Source: Macrostomum lignano (taxonomy: Eukaryota). From it: 64,000 nt of DNA. Positions within the stretch are counted from its first letter, which is position 1. The number at the start of each line of letters is the position of its first letter. Location: contig NIVC01002379.1 in assembly GCA_002269645.1 (NCBI GenBank), positions 62,001-126,000 of the forward strand, given 5' to 3'. This document shows, piece after piece, positions 41,676-50,211 of the stretch. The position numbers and the translations under genes are program-made. The notes beneath the pieces are model-generated. The model ran no database searches and was not told where the DNA came from. It worked only from the letters and a program-made list of their open reading frames with translations.

Positions 41676-42461
41676 TTAAACCTGTTTTATACGTAAAATT
41701 ACTGTTATTGATTGACCACCAAAACTTATTAATCTATCGCTTTCATCTACGATCCTAATATAAATTGATTGAACGCTATATTGATTTAAAGGATAATATA
41801 TTGGGGTTTGGGGTGCAACAATCATTTTCTCTCCAATTGGAACAGCAAGAAACGGGATTGAATAAATAATTCCACGTTGAACCAAAACCCCATTATTATC
41901 TGTTATATAACCGCCGTTTGATATGTCGGTTGTTATATTAATTGTATTGACTCCGCCCTCAATGTTTCCCACGGTATCACCGGTGCTTGATGCGGTAACT
42001 ATTCGGGAATTAAATCCAAGTATGGTTCTGAGTGAGTTTGCAATTGTGAAATCAACCTGATATCCTGATCCTAGTGATAGGGTGAATCTTCCCGACGGTA
42101 AATCAACACCTATAACAATCGCACCAGCTACCCAATCACCATTATCCGTTAATTCTCCTTCTATGTAAGCATTCAAATCGGTATAGCTATACGCCCCTGG
42201 ATTAACGCTAAAAGTTGTCCAATTGGCTCCGGAATCTTTAGAATATCTAAATTGATTATTTGTTGCATTAATTAATTGAGGCATGTTAAAAACCGAAAAT
42301 AGTATCAAACCTATTTGATAACTTAGGCTTTGATCTAGTTGTAACGGATCGCGCAATTGAATCCGTTGCTCGCTGCTTGTCATTATAAACTGTAAGGTTG
42401 TGCTAAATTTTGAATTAGTTCGATCTACCAATTGTTTTATAGTGTCTAAATTTGTTGCCAT
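41676..42461 (-). CDS. Minor capsid (penton) protein, 261 aa from MATNLD
   Basis: Beta-rich sequence with YQIGL, NNQFRY, PGAYS..DLN and IYSIP...P...YYPL...I.IRIVDE patterns; lies between ATPase and protease; TATAAAAATG start. Confidence 0.82.
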   Translation of the reverse strand: MATNLDTIKQLVDRTNSKFSTTLQFIMTSSEQRIQLRDPLQLDQSLSYQIGLILFSVFNMPQLINATNNQFRYSKDSGANWTTFSVNPGAYSYTDLNAYIEGELTDNGDWVAGAIVIGVDLPSGRFTLSLGSGYQVDFTIANSLRTILGFNSRIVTASSTGDTVGNIEGGVNTINITTDISNGGYITDNNGVLVQRGIIYSIPFLAVPIGEKMIVAPQTPIYYPLNQYSVQSIYIRIVDESDRLISFGGQSITVILRIKQV

Positions 42462-42515
42462 TTTTATAGTGGGGAATAATAGCATCGGCGGCAAGAGAAC
42501 CAAAGATTTGAGATT

Positions 42516-43277
42516 TTACTCCTCGTCCTCATTATCTTCTTTTATCAAATTTGTTAAGATTCGATTTCTTCTTTCTAACCTAGGGTTGACATATATGTGT
42601 TTGTATTGACTATCATCCCAAATTTTTTTACACATACTTTTAAATGGTTTTGTATCCAACCCCGGATTAAATCTAGCGTGTATATTTTGTAAATCATAGT
42701 CATCTAAATCAAACATTACACAACAGCTAGCATTCTTTTTTATAATCGATTCTAATTCTCTAAAGGATTGAGTAAGATAAAAAGCTCCAATTCCATCTCC
42801 TCTACCACTAACAAAAATTTCTTTTTGCAATTCTTGATCTCCGTCATTAATACAATCGTCAAAAATAATTAGTGTTTTATCATATTTAGGAATTTTGTCA
42901 TAAGTTAATCTGTTTGATATTGTAATTGTTGGAGAATTGTTGTCTATATTTTCTGGATCTTCTGCCGTTTTTTTACATAAATCCTCAATGTCTGTTAGTT
43001 TAAATCTTGGTTCATCATCGTCCTCATATTGCTCATATGCTCTTAACATTCTAAATAAGATATCTTTTTTTAATTTGTTTTTTAATCCGTGTTTAAGAAA
43101 TTCATAATATTTTATTCTAGGTTTGTTAGTATAAATTATTAAATTATTATAGTCTAACATTCCATCGGTTGTTAACAAGTCATAAACAAAGTGGGTTTTT
43201 CCTTTGCCCGATCCACCAATTACTAAACAAAGAAAAGGATCATTTGGAAATATTTTATAATGTTTTGCTTTTACCAT
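42516..43277 (-). CDS. A32/FtsK-like genome packaging ATPase, 253 aa
   Basis: Walker A GGSGKGKT, Walker B LIIFDD, and R...IGAFYLTQ. Confidence 0.93.
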   Translation of the reverse strand: MVKAKHYKIFPNDPFLCLVIGGSGKGKTHFVYDLLTTDGMLDYNNLIIYTNKPRIKYYEFLKHGLKNKLKKDILFRMLRAYEQYEDDDEPRFKLTDIEDLCKKTAEDPENIDNNSPTITISNRLTYDKIPKYDKTLIIFDDCINDGDQELQKEIFVSGRGDGIGAFYLTQSFRELESIIKKNASCCVMFDLDDYDLQNIHARFNPGLDTKPFKSMCKKIWDDSQYKHIYVNPRLERRNRILTNLIKEDNEDEE

Positions 43278-43297
43278 TTTTTAAGTAAATAATTTAA

Positions 43298-44779
43298 CTA
43301 ATCTTTATCTACGGGCGCATCCCGAACAACGGTTCCGTCGGCTTTAGCAATTGATATATATTCCTCTAGAAACAATACGTGGGCGTCTAGTGCCTGATTA
43401 CCGGTTTTATTAATCTCTAACATATAATTCAAACCAACATTGGCTACATTTTCTTTCTGTGCAGTTAGATCAAAAACAACTACTGGGTGAATGTTTAGAA
43501 ACTCCGTGGGTGTGTACTGAGGAACAGCATACGCTTCATTTTTGGTATAATCTTGATAATATTTTATAAAATCATTAACATTATTATTTGCTATGTTTAG
43601 ATTTAAGGGCTCTTTAACAGGATAATATTGATCATCAACCTGCAGGCGGATATTCTGAACATTAAACTCGTTAATAGCTGAAACCGCGTTGTCGGTTGCA
43701 GTGGCTGCCTGAGCTGCTACATCCTCTGATTGAAGCCAATATAAATCCCCGTTTGCTCTTTTACTCCTTCTATTTGTTATTTTAAACCAAACAAAAATAT
43801 ATCTCACCCGACGTTTTGATATCGTTATCTGCCACTGAAATGAATCCTGATTGTTGTTAATGGTTCGCATAAAGTGGCGCCGATTCAAATAAAATATTTC
43901 TTGATCAACCATTATCTGCTTATTAACATGTGCTAAAAGAGGCGCCGTTAGCTCTAGTTTTGGTACGACTAATTGAATTGATGCTATACGAATTGCGATA
44001 TCGGTTGAAATTGAGGTTCCATAAAGTATCCTAGGCTGATATCCACCAGATATTTGCAACTGTACCCCAAATTTTAATCCTTTCCATACCCGATTTGGTG
44101 AGAAGAACCCAAATAGTGGAAAGATTGAAAAGTCTTGCTCATATGCGCTTGCTGTGGTTAAAACCGCTACTGGGAATTTATTCTGACGATCTATAAAACC
44201 GGTATTAATATCTTTTGTGTTAGTCATGGTGGTTACAACTGGAACTATATTGGTATTAAGATAAGCTATAAGGGCTGCGGTATCTGCGCCGGCTGCATTT
44301 TGTACATTAGGGAAAACTACTGCTTGTCCATTACCCTTATCAGGCATCCACCCAACACTATCACCAACTTGTTTTGATAAATAAGTATAATTTAAATGTT
44401 TCAAAACTCCATTAATCTCTGCTGGGTTTGTTGATGTCTCAACCTCGGCTCCATTAACAGTTAGTTGAGCTTGGGAAAAACATTTATAAAACCAATCATT
44501 TTCTATAATAATTCCAGAACGATCTGGGATATCACCGGCTGCAAGAGCAGTTCCATCGTTTCTGGTATACAACCATCTAACGCGGAAAAACGCGTTTTTC
44601 ATATCTAAAACGCTGTCGCTTGCCCCAACGTCAAAAGTTACCGTTCCCGTAGTAAAATTGTTTGAATTATCACTTGTTGGTAGGGTATAATTTAAATCTC
44701 TTGCCCTGATCTCATTAATATACTGCCGGTGCTTTTTAAAATGAAATTTATCACTCCATATGGTTTTTGTTTCAGCCAT
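43298..44779 (-). CDS. Major capsid protein (double jelly-roll), 493 aa
   Basis: Size, beta-rich composition, position next to the ATPase, and Polinton-MCP-like patterns (FSQAQLTVNGAEVE; C-terminal VVFDLT). Confidence 0.85.
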   Translation of the reverse strand: MAETKTIWSDKFHFKKHRQYINEIRARDLNYTLPTSDNSNNFTTGTVTFDVGASDSVLDMKNAFFRVRWLYTRNDGTALAAGDIPDRSGIIIENDWFYKCFSQAQLTVNGAEVETSTNPAEINGVLKHLNYTYLSKQVGDSVGWMPDKGNGQAVVFPNVQNAAGADTAALIAYLNTNIVPVVTTMTNTKDINTGFIDRQNKFPVAVLTTASAYEQDFSIFPLFGFFSPNRVWKGLKFGVQLQISGGYQPRILYGTSISTDIAIRIASIQLVVPKLELTAPLLAHVNKQIMVDQEIFYLNRRHFMRTINNNQDSFQWQITISKRRVRYIFVWFKITNRRSKRANGDLYWLQSEDVAAQAATATDNAVSAINEFNVQNIRLQVDDQYYPVKEPLNLNIANNNVNDFIKYYQDYTKNEAYAVPQYTPTEFLNIHPVVVFDLTAQKENVANVGLNYMLEINKTGNQALDAHVLFLEEYISIAKADGTVVRDAPVDKD

Positions 44780-44813
44780 TTTTTTAAGTTAAAAAAGTTT
44801 TTTATGTTAAAAA

Positions 44814-45482
44814 ATGAGTCAATTTATGGACGTTGATGGAGAGTTAGCAATTTATAAAGAAAAGCAAAAATATTCTGATTTTGTTAGAAATTTACAAAAA
44901 AGAAAGTTAGGAATACAACTCGCTGGCGAAAGATTTGCTGCCCCTTTTGTTAATCCTATTACGGGCAAACTTAGTGAACTAGAAAAAACAGATAAAGACC
45001 TTCTTGAAAAAATTGCTAAGAATACCGAGCCAAAAGAGGATGAAATTTTAGATGAGCCGCCTACTTATGATGTTGATCAAGTGCTATTGAGACTTGCAGA
45101 GATTAGGCGTGCAGAAAGGGATGGAGTTGAACAATTTACGAATGTCCCACGAAGCATTGCAATAGAGGAGTTAGATAATGATAATTACCGAATTGGTCGA
45201 GTTAATAAAAATCGAAATGATTTATATAGAGAATTGGGCGGAGCATATAGAATTATTACTAACCCTAGGGTTAAGTTTAACCCTGATTTTTATACTAGGG
45301 ATGAATTAGTAAGTGCTAAAATTTTTTATGATGATTTAGGAGTAGGAGCTGTTAAAAATACCAACTTGTATAAAAGGATTGTTGATTCTATAAATAACAA
45401 GCCGGCTGTTGGTGAAGGATTTAAAACTCCGCGAAAACTTGTTTTAGCTGCCGCGAAAGCTGCTGGACATACGGGTGTTTAA
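44814..45482 (+). CDS. Polinton conserved-type hypothetical protein, 222 aa
   Basis: Transcribed divergently from the MCP gene; C-terminal VGEG|F...AAGHT motif; AAAAAATG start. Confidence 0.7.
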   Translation: MSQFMDVDGELAIYKEKQKYSDFVRNLQKRKLGIQLAGERFAAPFVNPITGKLSELEKTDKDLLEKIAKNTEPKEDEILDEPPTYDVDQVLLRLAEIRRAERDGVEQFTNVPRSIAIEELDNDNYRIGRVNKNRNDLYRELGGAYRIITNPRVKFNPDFYTRDELVSAKIFYDDLGVGAVKNTNLYKRIVDSINNKPAVGEGFKTPRKLVLAAAKAAGHTGV

Positions 45483-45503
45483 TTAAATTTATTTTTTATA
45501 AAA

Positions 45504-46012
45504 ATGGATAATACGATAAATGAATGTCTTTGTAAACCTATTTATGATAAGGTAGGTTCTGACAGAATACTAAATAAGATATTTCAAGATGATTTAATAA
45601 TTGCAAACCGTATTAAAACAATTCAAATGAGGCTAGGATATCTTTATGAATTATTAGCTATTGAACATTTTGGTTTTGAAAAAATTAAGAAAATTGATTT
45701 AATTCATACTGAAAGAAAAATTGCGTTAGAGTTAAAATCTTCTGATAACACAGATAATTCATCGAGTCGATTTAGAAATATTCAAAAGTTATTAGAATTT
45801 AAAAATGTTAATCCTGAATTTGAGTTATATTATATTTGCATTAATAATACTACTAAAGCCCCCCCGTACAAAAGGTATTTGATAATGGAGTTACATTGTT
45901 AACTGGGGATTTTGCTTTAAATTTTTTATATGGTGATCAATATTTGGAAATTACTAAACTGATAGAAACGTGTTTTTTAAAGATTAAAAATGAGCAATCA
46001 ATTAGTGTTTGA
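45504..46012 (+). CDS. PD-(D/E)xK restriction-endonuclease-like protein; 169 aa if one C is added to the C7 run at 45859-45865
   Basis: GYLYE...IDL...ALELKSSDNTDNSSS resembles Eco47II-type nucleases. The -1 frame continues 48 codons (VQKVFDNGVTLLTGDFALNFLYGDQY...) to TGA at 46010. Confidence 0.6.
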
Positions 46013-47585
46013 AGGAGGCTTGTTGGATATTCAAAAAGGATTAACAAGCTTACCGCCAATCTTTACTACTGGTAGGTATACAAATGAATTACACATTCCA
46101 GGGTACTCGTTTGCAGGTTATCCCGTGGCCTGAGTGGTAGAAGCAAAGCTACTGCTAGTCACTATTAGTGGCAACATCTCCAAATTGCGTGAAACCCGTC
46201 ATACAACTTCAAGTACCACTTCAGTTGAGAAATCTTCTGAAGGAACACAGGTAACTCCTGTTCCCAATGGTAAAAAGCTTGAAGACATGGTGGCAATGCG
46301 CAGCCAAGCTCCTAAGTATTTTAAATATAAGGAGAAGGTTCAGAGAGCAGACGGAGATGGGCGGTAATCATCGCCGCTTAAGGTGTGCTCCAGCCTCATT
46401 CGAAAGATTGAGGGTAAACTACCTGGGACTAGACTGGATTTAAGATTAAATCCTGACAATACTCCAAAATCTGATTCAATTCCAATAAATGGGATTGATT
46501 GGTTAGCATACTATCACGACTTAGCATATAGAGATGCTGACAAGAACCCTCCCGAAGAAGCGTTAAGATTAAAACATGAAGCCGATCAAAAAATGATTCA
46601 AGGATTAGATAACTTACAAGGCTTATCAGTAGGCCAGAGATTAACTAGGTGGATGGTTAAAAAAATTCTACAATCTAAAGTTAAATTTGGTTTAGGAATT
46701 AATTACAACCAACATGGTAATAATTGTGTCGAATGTTTGTTATTAAGTGGTAGTGGGCTAAGTTATGATAAGGCTAAGGTTCTTCATAAAGAATACCGAA
46801 AACCTAAATTTTATAGAAAAATCATGAACTTCAAAAAGAATGAAATTTGGTATGCTGATTTAATGTCGATGCCAAATGATAAAGGATATAAATATATTTT
46901 AACAATATTAGATGGTTTTACTCGCTACGCGTGGGCTATTCCTTTAAAATCCAAAAAGGGAGAGGTGGTTGCTGCTGCTTTTAGAAGTCTTGGAGAAAAA
47001 AGCGAACGGTTGTGTGTTGACGAAGGAAAAGAATTTTACAATCCTCACATGTATAAATTGTATCATTTTGAAAAAGGACAAGAAAGGAAAAAGGACGCGA
47101 ATGGGGAGTATATTAATAAAATTTATTCTATTTATGGAGAGAGTAAAAACGCATTAATAGAAAGATTTAATAGAACTTTAGGTAAGAAATTATGGTTTCA
47201 GTTTAGTCTTAATGGTAACCAAAAGTGGGTAAAAATATTACCAGACGTCGTAAAAGATTATAACAATTCATATCATTCAGCTATAAAGATGACTCCTCAA
47301 CAAGCTTATAACAATCCTGAAAATGTTAAGGTTACTTTTGGAGATTTTGAAAAAAAGAAAACTAAAGGTTTTAAAGTTGGTGATTCTGTTTATATCTATA
47401 AATGGAAAGATAAGTTTGAAAAGGGAAGAAAAGGATATTGGAAAATAAGTGAGAAATTTACTATCAGTAAAGTTTTAAATACAAATCCCACAACCTATAT
47501 CATTGCTGATAAGGATGGTGAAGAAATATTGGGCTCATTTTATGAAAACCAGCTAATGCCGGTTTCATTTCAATCCGTTACTTAA
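45990..47585 (+). CDS. Parvovirus-type PLA2 domain fused to a retroviral-like (rve, DDE) integrase; exons 45990-46118 and 46422-47585, 430 aa
   Basis: Joined exons give ELHIPGYSFAG|PGTRLDLRL...PINGIDWLAYYHDLAY...HEAD (PLA2), then WYADL...ILDGFTRYAWAIPL...VDEGKEF...IERFNRTL...YNNSYHSAIKMTP (integrase), with no stop between the two domains. Confidence 0.9.
46119..46421 (+). ncRNA. Group I intron (IC1-like) ribozyme, 303 nt, no internal homing endonuclease
   Basis: P1 CAGGU/GCCUG with a U.G pair at the 5' splice site; P3 CAUCUCC (46175)/GGAGAUG (46353); P4 UGCGUG/UGCGCA; P5abc with A-rich bulge; P6; P7 G-A-GAGCA/UGCUCC; P8 GGCGGU/AUCGCC; P9 with GAAA loop; P9.0 AG/CU; P10 with the 3' exon CCUGGGA. 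Confidence 0.92.
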
Positions 47586-47802
47586 GGCAACAAGGTAGTA
47601 AATTTTTTATAACAAATAAAAACAATATTATTACTATTATAGTTACTAATATTATTATTGACATTTGTTCAACAGTTATCAAACTTAAATTATCATTAAG
47701 TTCATTAATTGGCACATTTCCGATATAGGAATAATTTACCTTCATTTTTTTAAATATATTTTTAACAATAATTGTTGTTTCTGTTACAGAATAATAGTTC
47801 AT
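47578..47802 (-). CDS. Small single-TM protein, 74 aa
   Basis: Hydrophobic IIILVTIIVIILFLFVI segment; TTAAAAAATG start. Confidence 0.6.
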   Translation of the reverse strand: MNYYSVTETTIIVKNIFKKMKVNYSYIGNVPINELNDNLSLITVEQMSIIILVTIIVIILFLFVIKNLLPCCLK

Positions 47803-47805
47803 TTT

Positions 47806-48036
47806 TTAACTATTTTTTTCGCAATTTAAACATTGTGCTAAAAGAAGACTTTGCTCCCCCTTATCCCAAATATAATCTAATTCTCCAATTTCAAGCGGAT
47901 ATATCTTTATATCTGGATATATATATACTTCATCGATTATTTTATACTTTATTAATTTTTTTATTGAATCAAGTGCGTTGAATATTGTTTGGGTTGATTC
48001 AGTTATTGAAAAGTAGGGTCTGTTATCTAATTTCAT
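47806..48036 (-). CDS. Small protein, 76 aa, paralogue of 48040-48354
   Basis: Shares the NR..FS, IIDEVY, YPL, GE and LN pattern with its neighbour. Confidence 0.7.
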   Translation of the reverse strand: MKLDNRPYFSITESTQTIFNALDSIKKLIKYKIIDEVYIYPDIKIYPLEIGELDYIWDKGEQSLLLAQCLNCEKNS

Positions 48037-48039
48037 TTT

Positions 48040-48354
48040 TTACATAAAAATTTCAATTTTGCTCTCTGAATCACTAGTTTCATATGAGCTATTTGTTGAG
48101 TTGGAATCGTCTGAACGAACCTCCCAATCGTCTGAATTTAAATAATCTCCAAGTTGAAATATTAACTCACCCTCTTGTTCTAGATCATACATCCCATCCA
48201 AATCTAGCGGATAAAGTTTTAGTTCTGTTTTGTCATCATATTTTAAATAAACTTCATCAATTATTCCATTCAGAATATGTTGTTTTATTATCTCTGAATT
48301 TTTAGCAACAGTCTCAAAAGTATCACTAACTGAAAAGGTGTAAACGCGGTTCAT
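48040..48354 (-). CDS. Small protein, 104 aa, with an acidic Ser-rich tail; paralogue of 47806-48036
   Basis: Shared motif pattern; CTAAAAATG start just inside the right TIR. Confidence 0.7.
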   Translation of the reverse strand: MNRVYTFSVSDTFETVAKNSEIIKQHILNGIIDEVYLKYDDKTELKLYPLDLDGMYDLEQEGELIFQLGDYLNSDDWEVRSDDSNSTNSSYETSDSESKIEIFM

Positions 48355-48371
48355 TTTTAGTAACAGAAAAA

Positions 48372-48718
48372 GACCCTACGCGCCTGCGGCGCGGCCTGGG
48401 GTTATAAAGTAGTAGTAGGTAAAAAGACGCTTCTAGATCAGACCTATTGAAAATGATGATTTGAAGGGCTATTAATGGGGGGACGCGAGGGGATTGTTTG
48501 GTTGTGATAGGGTGTGTTATTGGGAATATGGGTGAATATTGTGTGATTTGTGTGAGTTGGTGGTGTTAATGGGAGGTAGTGGGAGGTAGTGTGTTTAAGG
48601 GGGGTAAAGGGTATTTAGATGTGTTTTTTTAGTACCCCCTCGTGTCCCCCCACTAGCCCTTCAAATCAGCATGTTAAATAGGGGTTCTGGGTCTAGAAGC
48701 GTCTTTTTACCTACTACT
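48372..48718 (-). repeat. Right TIR (347 bp) with an internal terminus copy beginning at 48408
   Basis: Reverse complement of 28219-28565. Confidence 0.95.
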
Positions 48719-48813
48719 GCTATCATATTTATGTCATTCCGCGCCTTTCTTCTTTCAATTGTACAACTCATGATAATGTCAGTCACAAAATCCACAGAAG
48801 ATGACGCAAGTGA

Positions 48814-49073
<260 letters not shown>

Positions 49074-49549
49074 GTTTTTTTTATTTATTATTTAGCTATT
49101 TTTATGTTATCTCCGTTGGCTACAGAGCCTCAGTTAATCAGCTTGATACAAGTCGACGCAAACGGTTAATAAAAGCCAATGCCGATGCCGAAATCGGCTT
49201 AGTCTAGAATATTAAGGCTTTCTTGATTAGTTTAAGTTGTTTTCGGACCATATTTCATCAGATTTTTTATCCGTCTGTTATTTCTAGCACACACCAAATA
49301 TCTCACCGTTTGCGAGCTAATAAGTACTTTAATAAATACTACTGACATAGACCAACGTAACAACAGTCTTTAATTGTGGGTCGCATGCAGTTAAAACAGA
49401 TTGACAGTCAATCAAAAATCTAAATAAAGCTGCTATAGAGTATTATTATTCAGTAACTTCACTTAAAAAAGGCTTCAGTTAAGACAGAAATGAACCAAAT
49501 TTGACGTGAATTTGCAATTGAGATAGATGCTAATATAGCCAATGTCTAG

Positions 49550-50008
49550 ACGACCCAAGACACTAGGACAGATGCTAAATATAGTCCCTAGACACCCCTG
49601 GACACTAAGACAGATGCTAATATAGCCAATGTCTAGACACCCCAAGACACTAAGACAGATGCTAATATAGCCAATGCCTAGACACCCCTAGACACTAAGG
49701 CAGATGCTAATATAGCAGCCATGGCCTAGACACCCCTAGACACTAGGACAGATGCTAAATATAGTCCCTACACCCCTAGACACTAAGACAGATGCTAATA
49801 TAGCCAATGTCTAGACACCCCAAGACACTAAGACAGATGCTAATATAGCCAATGTCTAGACACCCCAAGACACTAAGACAGATGCTAATATAGCCAATGC
49901 CTAGACACCCCTAGACACTAGGACAGATGCTAAATATAGTCCCTAGACACCCCTGGACACTAAGGCAGATGCTAATATAGCCAATGCCTAGACACCCCTA
50001 GACACTAA
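49550..50008. repeat. Minisatellite, about 42-bp unit CTAGACACCCC...GACACTAAGACAGATGCTAATATAGCCAATG
   Basis: Visible tandem array. Confidence 0.85.
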
Positions 50009-50211
50009 GAATTGACTTAATTTACACTGACAGTAACACTAACGACGTTAAGTACACAGATTTAATTTATCACAGCAGTGCTTCCAGGGGGGTGTGTAGG
50101 ATGATAGGATGAGCGGCAGCTTACGGATAAATGAGCTGGTTCTTTGTGCAGACTTCTATATCCTTCAAATTTTCACAGACGGTTGTGTGGTCCAAGCACT
50201 AATGAACAAGC

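Larger units (their letters stand above)
28219..48718. mobile_element. Complete Polinton/Maverick (polintovirus/adintovirus-like) element, 20,500 bp
   Basis: AGTAGTAG...CTACTACT termini, 347-bp TIRs, 6-bp TSD GCTATC (28213-28218 and 48719-48724), and genes for pPolB, integrase, protease, ATPase, MCP and minor capsid protein. Confidence 0.97.

Noticed and set aside
46134-46367. 77-aa ORF inside the group I intron as a homing endonuclease or maturase
   Set aside because: It starts at GTG, has no LAGLIDADG, GIY-YIG, HNH or His-Cys motif, and overlaps essential ribozyme helices.
46117-46421. Spliceosomal intron or DNA-transposon explanation for the PLA2 insert
   Set aside because: No AG acceptor restores the frame with the GPG loop, and there is no TSD or convincing TIR. 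The group I pairings account for the whole insert.
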